DNA of 64,000 bases from Hamiltosporidium tvaerminnensis FI-OER-3-3 (GCA_022605425.2 JAKIMF020000001.1:248001-312000), one strand, 5' to 3'; shown: positions 46,856 to 60,285, counted from the stretch's first letter. Translations and numbers: made by a program. The notes: a model not told the origin generated them from the sequence alone.

Positions 46856-49800
46856 ATAAAAATCTCAGTTAATTAATTTTATCTCTTTTTAATGTTTTTC
46901 TTGTATCTTTCTGATCACTTGATAAGCTTTCTCTTTTATATTAAAATATAAATAAATATTTTTTTAAATTATTTTCACTTAAATTAAAGACTTTTCAGTT
47001 TTAAAATTCTAAATACAAAAAAAAAGCTTTTTTAAGAAATCTAAGTATTACAATCATTAAAAAAATTTTAATGAGAAGAATTTCTAGATAAATAAATATT
47101 TTATTTCATTACATTTTTTTTCTCCTTTGATGATTATTTATATTTATTAAATATTTTATTTCTTTACATTTCCTTTCTGCTTTTAAATATAAATATTTTT
47201 TGTGTGAAGAGTTTGATTTAAATTTTTTTTATTTCATAAATAATATTTTGTATGATTAAGTTCGGCTATAAAACCACAATTCATATTAAATATAATTATT
47301 TCTATATTTGTCCATTTAATCTGATCTTAAAAAATTAATAACGAATAAAATATCAAAATAATAAAGTAAGTTTTTTTAGGAAATAATATAAAATAAATTT
47401 TCTCTTTTATTATAAGGATGAATATATATATCAAATTACTTATATAATTTAATGGTTCTATTCATCCTTTTCTCTTTAAAAATATTTTCTTAATTTAAAA
47501 TTAATATCTATTGTAGCTTACTTTCAAATTTAAAAGAAATTTTGTTTTAACATATTTATATCAAATTGTTTATACGGATTTTAATGGTAATAAAAATTTT
47601 AAATTTTATATTTGAGAGATTTATAGGCTAAACTACATTTAAAATGATTATTTTCAATATATTAGAGAGACCAAGGCTCGTGCAGGGTTTTAGCGTTGAG
47701 AATAGATGAAAATAAATCTTAATATATTTTTTCTTAAATACGAACGAATGCATTTTATATTTGGAGTGCAATCAGCATTCTAATAATTTATTTTTATATT
47801 ATTTGATTTATGATAAAAAAAAAGTAGACAAGTTTAAATAAAAAAAATATTTTGTGAAATCAATTTTGAATGCAAATAAAATTCGATATCTAAAAAATCA
47901 ATATAAAATTTGTTTTTAAAAGTCATAAAAAAGTATAAGAAATGTATTTGAAATAGTATCTAATATATATTTTAATAAAAATTTAATGTATTTTCATATG
48001 TTTTGTGAAAATTAATGTATAAATTATTTACTATTTTTGCGTATAAATTTTTGTTAACATGCTTCTTAAACTTAAATTAATAATTGAAAGAAAACTTGGA
48101 GAATAATTCCAAAAAAAATATGAGAACAGTATTTGAAACACACATCTTAAAGAACAACGCCCTAATATTTTTCTCGAAGAGTCAATGATCTTGATATTAT
48201 CAAGTATCTAAATCGATACCTTTTCTTTAGTATTCAATTCCAATATATAACGCTTTGCTTTCATTTTTTTGTCCTTAAGGCTAATAATACTTATATAAGA
48301 ATCATGTTTAGAAAAAAAACCGCTTTAACTATAACAATACCCCTGTAAAATTTAAGCTTTGAATATAATCGAAAATTTTTGAGCGAAAAAAATTTTGCTT
48401 TAATCTAAGATTAAGGTAGGAAAATATATTATTTGCCTAAAAAATGCTTAATACTGGTAATAAATGACCGGAAATATATATTATGTAGCTCAATCAATGC
48501 TTTATTTATATAATATATATTATTCACGAGAGGTTAACTTAGATAAACCAATATCTTCATCTTAGATTACTTCAATCGGATCATATTGAACGAAAAATTT
48601 CATATTACATTATTCGACTAATGTCAGACACAAAAAAGTTTATTTTGTCGAAAATAAATATTTATATTCAATTTTTGAATTATGTGAAGATAGCTAGTCT
48701 ATTCAACTATCTAGAAATTAAATGAATAGAAAACTTAAAGAACCTGACTTACACAAGAAGTTGATGGCTATCAAATATACACAGGAATATGAAATAAAAA
48801 AATATCACAAAAAATGAATTGACACATCTTTATATATAGCAATGAAGTGAAACCAACCAGAGTTTTGATAAAACTGAAAATTAAGCGTGATTTATTTAAT
48901 TTCTAGGTTTCTAAATACATTAAAATATTAAATCAAAAAATGCAGACTTTCTTCGGTTCATATCAACTTAAATATATTTGGTAGAGATTAATCTTATTTA
49001 AATATTACGTTTATTATAGATGTACTCTGAAAAAATGTATTATATATTTAATACAAACATTTATATAAAAATATTGTCGCATAATATACTCAATTCCGAC
49101 TTTTTTTTGTAAATATTTAAATCTAAATATCATGAAGAGCTATTAACATCTCACTGTAAAAGAATTAAAAAATATTTAGAAAAATTGAGAAACCAATGTT
49201 ATAAATAGAGACTCGATATATTTTCGGTAATAAATTACATCTATATGTTATACAAATTATAATAAATTTCTACATAAACACAAAAATATATTAATAAAAA
49301 CCAAAATATATAACTTATTCTTAAAGTTTCGGATCTTTCTATAAATTTGGTACCAATATTTTTCTGTCGCAATAAATTTGATGTACTCCAAATATATCAG
49401 AGCTTGGTACTTATCAGCCAACCAGCAAAATAAACCTAATCATAACTTTATATTTTCATTGATGATGAATAGTAACGTACAAGCTAGAGAAATAAAATGA
49501 GTCGAAAAACTCACAAGAAATACCGTCAGAATAAAAATAGTATTTTTGTGGTTTTTTTTCCATTTTAAGTCTAAATGTATTACAAAGAGATGTTTAGAGT
49601 ATTATTTAATAGATAATATGGTGTGTTGAAGAATCATATGAGAATAAAACCTTTTGTTTAAAACAAGAATTTGATTTCTAAGATATCTGAACCAATAACC
49701 ATGAAATATATTTTTAAAGCAGTGGTGAAACACATGCAATAATAAGTAAATTTTTTATTAATAGCTCGATCTTTTCCTACGGATGGAACACAATCCAACG

Positions 49801-50889
49801 ATTGATCATAGCTTTGCCAAGTTATAGGCGTATCAAAAGCAATTTTCTTTTGATTGGTTAGGTAGTCAGCCACACACAAACTTTCCGAACAAAAGATAAA
49901 AAAATAATCATAAATATTAACCCAAATTTAAAAATATATTGTAAGCTCTATCTAAAACAGAATAGATATTTTTTTAGAACATTAAAGACATACCTAATTA
50001 CAATATTAATTTGTAAGAATAAAAATATTTTTTCACATATAAACTGATAATAAGTTGAATATTTTAATTCCTTAATTAAAATCTCTATTTATCAAACATT
50101 TTATTATTATTTAATAGATAAGTTAAATTTTTAAAGGTCAAGCGTATTTTATAGTTGCGTTATATCAAACAACAGAAGTTTATATAATATTCTGTTTTAA
50201 ATAAAAACTAATTTTTAGTCTTTTTTATAGATCAACTGATACGATATTTAATCAAATAAAGTAATAAATATATTGATGATCCAAGAATATTTTAAAAGAA
50301 TAAATTAATTTATTATATTTTAGTATATTTTTTGACGAAATTATTTGAAATTTAATTATATATAATTACTATAACAAAATATTTATAAGTTAATAATTAA
50401 ATCTAATTTATAAAGTTATATCTTACTATATTCAATTCGAAAATATGGGCATAAGATATTTTAATCGTATTTTGATTTATAAAGTATAATTATACTATTT
50501 TATACTTATTTTTTTAAAAAAAGAGAATACATTTGGGTTTATTTCGATATTTTTTTAAGTTATAATACCTAATATTTCATTCATTACTGGGTAAAAAAGC
50601 GATGTAAAAGGCATATTTTTTTTGCATTCCTGAAAAGCAATGACAAATAGAATATTCTATTGAGAATCTAATAGATTTTCAAACTTTTTTGCAGAATATT
50701 TGAAACAAAGCGCAAAATAAACAAAGTAAATTCTATAAAGACCAACGTTTGGATTCTATAATGTTTTTTGCCTCGAAATCCAAACATATTTAAACAACAA
50801 CGAATAGCTTTTTACATTTTCAATCTTTGAGAAACGAGGTTTCACATTCGTTTTACGTCATTTATAAAAAGGTGAAGAATTTATAACGA

Positions 50890-52772
50890 ATGCCAAAAAA
50901 GGAAAATATTACATCACCAGTAAATAATAATGATACCAAGAATAATAATTCTTTAGAGGACAAAAATTCAATGATCGAACAACAATCAGAATCTGATATA
51001 AAAGAAGATAAAAAGAATCAGAATAGCGAGGAAAAATCTGATATCAAAAAAGATGTTAATATTACCAGTAAAACAATAATAAATACTAAGAAGAATATAA
51101 ATGACGAAGATATTAACAATCAAGAAATTCAACCATCAGAATACCAAAATGAAAACCCCGAACGGAAACTTCTTTTTGAGAACATAGTAGCTCAGAATGA
51201 TCCAATAATAAATATTGAATACAATAATTGTTCGGATATCGACAATGAGTATTCAAATATTAGCTCTAGCAACATAGATGATGAAGATGACAAATCAACT
51301 TATATTGAGGAAGAAACCTATAATGAAATAGAGTATTTAAGTCCAGAAATTTTAAACAACTGTCATAATGAAGATTCTAATTTATCTTCGAATCAAGATA
51401 GCTCGTTTGGTGGGCCAAGGAGTAATGCAAGAAACGCTACGAATCTAGATAATCGTGATAATATGTCAAATAGACATATTAATGGATTTTTGAATAGATC
51501 AAATTTCTCAGGTATAGTACTTCCCGATAATTATAGCCTACCATCCCCGTATATATACGAAGAAAATGAAGCATCTGACATAATAATGCCAACTGAAAAT
51601 GACACATCGACAAATACGTTTGAAAATCAGATCAATGGCAACAATATTTTCGAAAGACTTCCACAAACTATACGATTCAGAACAAATAGAAATATTAGAA
51701 ATCCAGAGTTTATTAGGTCTAGAATAATAAATGATTCAGAGAGACCACTATCAAATATACCACCACCAAATACCAGAATGAATAGAGATTTGCGGGAAGA
51801 GCAAAATATCTTCAACCCTTATACATCAAGAATAACCAACTACTATAGCTTTTATCACTCACTTGGTTCCTTTGAAGGCAAATATGAGAACAAATTTGCC
51901 GGAGATTCAATGTTGGCTTATATTTGTGAAAGTGAATCCGACGAAGATACAGAAATCGGAAATCCAAGAATTCTAAGAAGAATGAATACACTTGCCACAG
52001 AAAACGGAACAAATGTTTCGGGTATAAGTAGTTCAGATGAAGAAGATGATTCAAGTAGTTTTTTTATGAAACCATATGTATGTTCCAATTGTTGTAACAA
52101 TGATGTTTCCGATGAGGAATATGAATATAAGGATCAAAACAAGGAAAACGGTACGCAAGAGTTTATGAATCATGATGAAATGATTGAGTCTGATAGTGAC
52201 TACTCCCGTCAAATCTATTTATGGGAATATTATATGAAATACGGGAAATTTGCACCAGAAGATACACCTAGTGATCCAAGTAGCAATGACAATAGTTCTG
52301 ACTCAAATAATTTTGAATGTGAGGATGATAACTTTTCATCAGAAACGAAAGAAATAACTAAAATATTCAAAGATTTCCCTCATGGACAAAGCAAATCTGA
52401 ATTCAACAAACAATCCCCCGAAAAACAAACATGGGAATGTTGTAAAAAGGAAAATGAAATGACAAATAACTCGTCAAATACAAGTTCTTCAAACTCAACT
52501 GAAACAAAAGAGAAGAATAGCAGAAAAACCAAAAAAAATGAAAAGAAAAAACAAGAAAATAGCGAGACAAATCAAGGTGATTTCAATATGCGGAGGCAAA
52601 ACTGACATGGGATAATGACATTACGGAAATTGCAACAGAACCACAAAACAATTCTGAGCCATGCGAAGAAGACACAGAAGAGTGTTCAGAATTCAATCAA
52701 GACTCTGGTTATGATGCACCAAATACTGATTTTGATTCCGAAGGAGAATACTATGCGGAAGACGATAACTGA
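50890..52772 (+). CDS. Gene B paralog; a 1-nt frameshift near 52603 separates the last ~55 codons
   Basis: 571-aa ORF; AAC-TG-ACA-TGG here versus AAC ATG ACA TGG in the paralog; the homologous tail ends GAC GAT AAC TGA at 52772. Confidence 0.85.
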
Positions 52773-54139
52773 AACTAATAAATAAATACAATAAACATTT
52801 CTTTCTTTACATTTCAAGTCATTTATGTTTTTTAAAATACAAGTATATTATTCCTATCGTATTGAATTCTTTGAAATAAATTTACAGAAATGAAAAAAAA
52901 TTTGTTCTGTGAGGAATCCCAAAACCAATGCTTTTTATAATTTTATTTATTTATATTAAGTATTCGATTATTCAAAAATAATAACTTTAAATTATTTGAT
53001 TAAGTATTTTTGAATAGTTCGTAAATAATTATAACCAAATACAAAATACAAAATATATTCTACTAAAGTAAATAATATTTATTGAAATCAGCTATATAAA
53101 CTTTAAAATACTTATAAATCCTTGAAACATATTAATTTTTAATAAAAAACGCTGTATATTTCAATAATTTTCTATAAATTATTTTACTCGCATATTTAAT
53201 TGTAATTTTTTTTAAAAAATGCAATTAATAGTATAAAAATAGACAAACACGTTTCTAATATGATTTTTATTGTTTTTTAATTGAATACTAATTTTGACTT
53301 ACTATATTAAAATAATTTATCAAATAATATATTTATACACAAAGCAGGAATTTATTAGTAAATATAAACTAGCGACGGATACAGCAAAAATCTAATATTG
53401 AAGAAAATGATAAATACATCTTAATATTTATTTTATGTTCGAACTGATAGAATATCATTCTTATAAATTGTTTTTTTTTGTTATAAGATTGTAAAAAGAG
53501 AATAATTACATTAAAAATTATCTTCTTGGAAATGTGTGTGTAGAATCAGTGTGAAAATAATTGCTTGCACTGTGGTGGAATATGTACCACACTGGATATA
53601 TAGTTTATTCCCCCATAATTCCGAGTTACAACCGATTAAAAGAAAGAATGATAACTTCCATTTGTTCATACTCGACACCGAATGGTAAAAGAGTAATGGA
53701 ATAAGTAAGTTAGTTGTTTTAAGATAATTTAAAACGGTAAAAAAATCTAACTTAATGTATTAATAGTGAATATTTCGATCAAAATCATTAATATAGATCA
53801 AATATAATAATTAGTTACGATATTACTGAAAATAAAATATTATCAGATATTTATTGGAATCAAAATTATGAAAAACTATTAGAAATATAAAGAAATACCA
53901 GATAATAAATTTTCTAATTTTCCGCTTATTTTATTTATGTTCTGGATTTTAATTGCAAAACGATTAAATCTTTTGAACAACCTCAAATAAAATCCAATTA
54001 TTTTTTAAATTGTGCAGAATACGGATATATTTTTTGATTTGAATCACAAGTTAAACAAAAGGTTTTTCAAAAATTTTTAAAAAGCTTCCGAAGTTATATT
54101 TAAAACAAATTACAATTTAATATTATATATATGTCACAG

Positions 54140-54710
54140 GCAATTTTAATAATTGGGTAATATTCATAATCCCCAAAGCGAATGAGCGATCTGATAAATT
54201 TTTTATTTTATCAAGAGCAAAATCATACATATCAAAATTAGGGCGATTTCAGCAAAAAAATATTAAAAAACAAGCTGAAAAATGTTAAAACCTCCAATTT
54301 AATATATACTGCCACTAAAAAGGTGGATGCTGAGAGTTTTAGTGCCAGGTGTCGACAGAAGCTGCACCGATGCAAGAAACATTGTGACAGTGTTTCTAAA
54401 AATATCAAATGCCAATACTTTTAATTTAAGCTCCAAACATGGCATCTTGATTCAATTTTACGCGAAGAACCAAGCCATAATATGTAATTCAAACTTTTCT
54501 TTGTATTGAAAAATTCTAAAGGTCGATATTTCATTCAGAGAATGTGCAAGAGTATCATTCAAAACTGAGTGTCAAGTTCATAATCGATGTGGCTGCAAAA
54601 TGGACGCCTAAATGACAAATTCAAGTGCCTTAATGGAAAAAAAAGCATTGTAACTCGAAATGTTACGAAAAAAGAAATAGCTCTAATTAATAAAAGCGCC
54701 TAGATTGAAC
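54140..54710 (+). mobile_element. Decayed Ginger/KRBA2-like integrase C-terminal remnant
   Basis: VPGVDRSCTDARNIV..SKHGILIQFYAKNQ, then DISFRECAR and degraded Cys-rich codons, resembling the tail of Ginger-type transposases (recognised from memory). Confidence 0.55.
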
Positions 54711-54972
54711 ATATTTTATAAATGTAGATGCTTTTTCGGTATTAGTACATTTTTCTATAATTTTTTTAGATTAGTAATACTTTCTCTTATTTTTTTATCT
54801 TATAAAATAGCAATAAAAAATTTATCAAATTGCCAATTAATTAAATTCCGGGACATATATATATCCATAAACCAATCTTGCTGATTTAATTATAAAAAAA
54901 ATACCGTAAAAGCTATGATGTAAATAGAAAACTTTTTTAATAATTCAGAACACACACATTAAAAGCTAACTT

Positions 54973-56784
54973 TCAGAAGAAGGATTCATGCTCTAAAAAA
55001 TACTCAATTATGCGTATCAATTCACCACATTCATACGAATTAATGCCAAACACAATATTTGAACGAAGCAATCTTATTACATCGAGAAGTTCATCTCGGT
55101 CAAATATTTCAGAAATAGATATATTATTATTCAGCAGATACTTAAATAACCTTGAACAATAGTTTTCATTTTTTGAAGAATAAATTCCAAATCGAGAAAA
55201 TAGATGTTCAATATATTTGAATTCAAAAAAAATTTTGCTTGCTGATTCCTGCCTCATAATGTTATTTAACCAAGTATTTCGGCCATAGAGATATCTGACA
55301 AAGAAGTTTTCTAATATTTCATTTCTCAGCGCAGCAATTACCACATCATTCTGGTCTTCAATTTTAAGTTGTGAAAACATCGCTATAACAGATAGGTTTA
55401 CGTATGTCTTAACCGGTTTATCTGAAAAACTCGCTATTTCAGCACAGGATGATGAAAAATTTCTTAAATTGCAGATCAGCGTGAGAAATACTGTCAGTTC
55501 GTTTTTTTCGTGTTCAAAAAGTTTTACAATATCTTTTGCGAAAAATATTATAAAATTAGCCACTTGAACATAATCCATCTGTGTTCTTTGATATGAATAA
55601 ACCAAAAATAAGGTATCATACAATTTCATTATCATCTCTACAGTTTGGACTTCCAAAAATAGTCTTTTAATCAAAATATCAGTAGTTTCTTTTTTTATTC
55701 GAAGGCAAGTTAAAAAATCTAATGGAATCTTATGATCATATATTTTTTTCTTGAAAACGTCATTAAATTTATCTTCACTCAGGAATGATTCGTTCATATT
55801 TCCAAATTGATCATAATTTATAGCTTGAAAGTTTTTTGCCAAAAGTTTTAAACTATCTTCATAAAATTCTGAAGATGCGTCAAAAAAATAGTTATAATCA
55901 TAAAAATTCAAATCAAAAGTCTCTGTAAAATCAAAACCATCAAAATGTGAACTTTTAATCTCCTCAATTTTAGACTGAATCACATCCAAGTCAAGATTAT
56001 TTTTCGACAAAAATTCATCCATATTTTGTTTTTTATTTGAATATTTAACTAATAGCAAATAAAAAATAAAAAGGTTCTCTATTTCCGAATCTTGAAAAAA
56101 TCTTGCCCATTTTAAAGAATCTGATGTACCATTTTGAGCCAAACGATTTTCAGTATCACTAATAGCATTCTTAATATTCATCAGTGTTTCACTCTTTTTA
56201 AAATCAAAAAAATCATAAGCATTTCTATTGCTGACATTAAATGACTCATCTTGACTTTTTTCAAAAAACGTATTTATCATTTTTGATAGTATCCTTGGCT
56301 TGATAGAAACACTCCTTTTCCTTCTAAAAAGTTCTTTAGTAGACGAATTATAAAGATCCAAATCCTTTTCTACATATAAACGGGTTGGATAGGCTACCCT
56401 AAGGAAGTGATTCTCAAAATCACAATCTTCAAGATAGTTTTTACTATTTTTACGTTCCTTCTTTAAAATGCATTTAATATTAAATCTCAAATAAGGTAAA
56501 ATCCTTTGATTGTCACTAGGTATAAAATTTATATTTTTTGTAACATTTTTATGTAATAATTTGATTTCATGAAGGCTTTTATACACGGGATCAATTTCCT
56601 TTGCTGCTAAAGATGCTGGTTTTTTTGTTTCATCTATATTCGACTTTTCATTAGCACTCAATTCGTTCTTAGATAAAGATGTGAAACGATTACTTCGATG
56701 CAGGTTTCGAAATCTGCTGCCGTTTCTTATAATATTTATCACACGAGAACAACTTACAATGTATATCCAAAAAACCAGACTCAT
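54973..56784 (-). CDS. Gene A paralog, 603 aa
   Basis: Near-identical to 15217-17022 for ~480 aa, divergent after KIEDQND. Confidence 0.85.
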   Translation of the reverse strand: MSLVFWIYIVSCSRVINIIRNGSRFRNLHRSNRFTSLSKNELSANEKSNIDETKKPASLAAKEIDPVYKSLHEIKLLHKNVTKNINFIPSDNQRILPYLRFNIKCILKKERKNSKNYLEDCDFENHFLRVAYPTRLYVEKDLDLYNSSTKELFRRKRSVSIKPRILSKMINTFFEKSQDESFNVSNRNAYDFFDFKKSETLMNIKNAISDTENRLAQNGTSDSLKWARFFQDSEIENLFIFYLLLVKYSNKKQNMDEFLSKNNLDLDVIQSKIEEIKSSHFDGFDFTETFDLNFYDYNYFFDASSEFYEDSLKLLAKNFQAINYDQFGNMNESFLSEDKFNDVFKKKIYDHKIPLDFLTCLRIKKETTDILIKRLFLEVQTVEMIMKLYDTLFLVYSYQRTQMDYVQVANFIIFFAKDIVKLFEHEKNELTVFLTLICNLRNFSSSCAEIASFSDKPVKTYVNLSVIAMFSQLKIEDQNDVVIAALRNEILENFFVRYLYGRNTWLNNIMRQESASKIFFEFKYIEHLFSRFGIYSSKNENYCSRLFKYLLNNNISISEIFDRDELLDVIRLLRSNIVFGINSYECGELIRIIEYFLEHESFF

Positions 56785-57687
56785 ATAAGGAGTAAATTAA
56801 AATATTATATTTAAACATAATAAATGATAAATTAATTTTCCTAATTAAATTCTAATATAAATTTGATCTTTAATATAATAAGAAAAAAACAGAATAAAAA
56901 ATATTCTGTTTTTGATTCCATTTTCTTGGTTTTTAATATAGATTTTACAATCGAATCTCTTCTTTTTAAATATTTAGATTAAAAAACCACTAAAATGTAA
57001 ATAATCAAATTATTTATGTCTATAAAAGGAAGATAATCCAATTCAATTTATAATTTTTCTAATATAATAAATTAAAATATATTCTAATATTGGTTTACCA
57101 GGCCTTGATATCTGCTTTGATATGGTTGATTCTAACTAAAATAAAGTATTAACACACTCATGAATATCAGGCATAATTTTCGAAATTTTAGCAGATTTTT
57201 CTTAATTGCATATTTTCATCCGAATAAAAAAAATTTCTTTTTCTAGTCGTTATATGTCCAACATTCTTCATGTTAATATAATTTTAAAGCGCATATACGC
57301 GTAATATAGGCGTAATATATCTCTAATTTCTTAGATGTGCCACACGAAACTACTTCTTTATAGCTTAAGAAATTACATTCTCGATTATATTCTATTTATT
57401 CATAATTAAAATTTATTTTTACATATACTTCTATCTTTAAGTATCTGGTGCTTCTTATGATACACATTATAGCATTTTGTCAAATACCATCACAATTTAT
57501 CAAATAAGGAATTACTTAGTAATTAATTTAAGTACGACTATACTTATTAATCAATAATTTTTAGCTCCTCTGTTTCTCGAGTTAAAAAATTAAAACCGTT
57601 TTGGGAAGTAATTTTCAATCTAAAAATTTGACTTGTTTATTCTCTGCAAATTTAAAAGAATTTGCAATGCTACATTGAAATAATAAC

Positions 57688-58410
57688 TTTATTTGAAAGT
57701 ATCACATCTTTTAAAAATAGCATCAATTGTTATATTTGTTTTTGATGACATTAAAGCAGTTATAGGTTTAAAATAAATAACTGTTACTCCAACACACCAT
57801 TGCTATCCTTGTGATGCCTTTGCCCCAAAGACTTTCATCTAAAGGTGTGTAGAACCAATTAATCTGTGAGGCATTGCCCAGAGTTCGTTAATGTCCGTTG
57901 GATGAAGTGTGATCGTAGGTCGAAAACCACCCTAGGCTGCCTCAAGACTATGCAGTATTTCGATTTACTCTACGCTTTCTGAACCCAATATAATTCTAAA
58001 TAAGATATATTTCAGAGGCTTATATGGTGTCCACTTAGACAGTGCAATGTCATACCAACAGGTATAACCTGCTACTCAACTTTCTTGGCTTAAATAGTTT
58101 AATTTTTTATATCTCTGACGCCCAGTCTTCTAACCTGAGAGTGCAAGGCTTGTTTTCTATGATTTACATTGGATTTGCCTACAAGTTTACAATATTTTTT
58201 TACAATCTAGTTACATAAAAAACTCCAAATAAAATGTAAAAAAAGGATCGCCATTTCGTAGACATTCTCCTCTTCATACAAACCCCCATGGAATAACCGA
58301 AGACATAGTAATATTTTATCACCACAAAAAATTCAAACAATGATCTTCACACCAGTTATACATATTCATTGCCACGTATAAAGTTTTTTATGTGGTTATT
58401 CTCCCTCCAC
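57688..58410 (-). mobile_element. ~720-bp element, copy f (diverged)
   Basis: Full length from TTTATTTGAAAGTATCACATC to CTCCCTCCAC. Confidence 0.88.
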
Positions 58411-58992
58411 GTTTATAAAAACGATAATTAAATACTGAAATTCATTTGATTCATAAATTTAAACATTTTAAATACGATAATAGAAAAACCAAAGTATGCA
58501 TTAAAATCTTAGGATAACAAAACCTTTGTAGTCGAAATATACACATTACTTCAATTAGAAGTTCATTTACGTTCAGATATCGACAAAGGCAAAAAAAATT
58601 GTTTTAATTTATCATTCGATGTGATATTAAGCTATTCTAAAGCGATGTAATCCTAAATTAACGTTGATTAAGCCTTCATAAATTCACCACGTTAGATTCT
58701 TTAACATTATACACCCTCTATACCGCAATATGCCAACAGAAAATCGCGAGTTTATTGTTTACAAACCATTATGGTTTTTATGAACTAAACTCGTTAGTGC
58801 TAAGTTACATCAGAACCAGTCATAAAATATTTAATTGTAATTTAATCAGAAGCATTACTGACAGGGTTCAGTATTTTGCGGCCAGTGCATATGAATCACT
58901 TAGACTTATCATAAATTTTTTCTAGGTTATAATAAGAATATTATATATTCAAATGAATTATTCTAAAGTTATAACCAAAAATTTATAAATAA

Positions 58993-59740
58993 CTAGCATA
59001 CCCGCCGCACGTTGCTGCGATAATAAAAGAAAGTAAATCAAAGTATAATAAACCCAAAAACATACATTATTTTATTAAGTCAATTTATAGTTTAAATTTT
59101 TAAAGGCTTTGGATCATTAATATCTTTTGTTGTTGTTTTAGTGTTTAGTTGAAAAAATTAGAAGAGATTTTCACGAACTGAAGTAGCTACATAGAGTTGT
59201 CAGCTGAAAATCAAGTTTTAACAAAATCAATTCTACACACTACAGCGTTTTTCTTGTGAATTTTATTGTCTTTCCAAAAGTGAATCGTAAAGAAACTCAC
59301 ACTTTTAAATGGCTAATGCGTTGGATTCGTTGAATAAATGGAATCAGTAGATCCCCCCTTTTAATAATACAGGTATATTATCACCCTTTACTCCATTACA
59401 CTTTCAAATAACACCTACTTTATTTCCCCTTATCACTAAACCCCTTTAATATACGACAATCCATGTTAAAACCCGTTAACCAAATATAAATTTATTAACA
59501 CCCTTTAAACTACTATTTGACATTAACACCCTTTAACATACTAATTTATGTATTAACCCCATTTAAATTCACTCCTGATATTAACACCTTTTTATAAAAT
59601 ACAATAATAAGCCCTTTAGTTAATCTACCTTTATGATGAAAACAATACCCTCTTTTAATATAAAAATAATACCCTTTATTTACAGTCGTTAAACGTTACA
59701 GACAGATAGACACACACATTCATTTTTATAGTATAGAAGA
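58993..59740 (-). mobile_element. Non-autonomous Helitron
   Basis: The minus strand starts TCTTCTATACTAT and ends with a CGCAGCAACGTGCG hairpin followed by CTAG, inserted between A and T. Short GTCT microsatellite near the 5' end. Degraded PIF1 motifs (KTI.K.Q..TL, IDFVKT*FS..QLYVATS) at ~59175-59290. Confidence 0.85.
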
Positions 59741-59874
59741 TAAATAATATGTTTAGTTTCTTTCTTAAATTAACTTTTACAGATCAATTTATACATTAGA
59801 TTTTCATTTTTAAACATTCTTTTTTGAATTATAAATTAAAAAATTGTACAATTCTATATTTTTTTATTGCCCAT

Positions 59875-60285
59875 ATGGCAGCTGAAAACCAAGCACCTCG
59901 TGATGCAAAAGTAGTTTCATTAATTCTTAGATCATTGGGAATTGAAGAATGTGAGCCTAAAGTTATAATTCAATTGTTAGAATTTGCTTATAAATATTCT
60001 ACAGAAATTCTTTTGGATGCTGTTTTATATGCAGAACATGCCAATAGAAAAAATGTAACTAGTGCAGATATTAAATTATCTTTACAAACAAAAGTAGGAA
60101 GGCATTTTGTTCCACCACCGCCTAAACAGTATATGAATGAAATAGCTGTCACTGTCAACAGTAGACCCTTGCTTATGTATGAAGATGAAATTCTTTTACA
60201 AGTACCCCCTGCTAAGTTGGCATTATTTGGTTTGGAATATAGTGTTATTAAAAAGGATAGTGAAACGAAAAGAAGAATCTACTAA
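59875..60285 (+). CDS. TAF9: Transcription initiation factor TFIID subunit 9
   Basis: PRDAKVVSLILRSLGI..EPKVIIQLLEFAYKY..DA..YAEHA..PPPP..VNSRPL. True start at ATG 59875, after a CCC motif. Confidence 0.96.
   Translation: MAAENQAPRDAKVVSLILRSLGIEECEPKVIIQLLEFAYKYSTEILLDAVLYAEHANRKNVTSADIKLSLQTKVGRHFVPPPPKQYMNEIAVTVNSRPLLMYEDEILLQVPPAKLALFGLEYSVIKKDSETKRRIY

Larger units (their letters stand above)
50520..57065 (-). repeat. Right arm of the inverted segmental duplication
   Basis: Reverse complement of ~14939-20345, except for an unrelated intergenic segment at ~53280-54970. Confidence 0.9.

Noticed and set aside
47600-49900. Patches of higher-complexity sequence, possibly old transposase remnants (including ORF 49658-49879)
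   Set aside because: No intact motif or termini could be verified.
58490-58890. Possible Tc1-like end (ATTTTGCGGCCAGTG)
   Set aside because: No partner TIR found and no clear DDE motifs.
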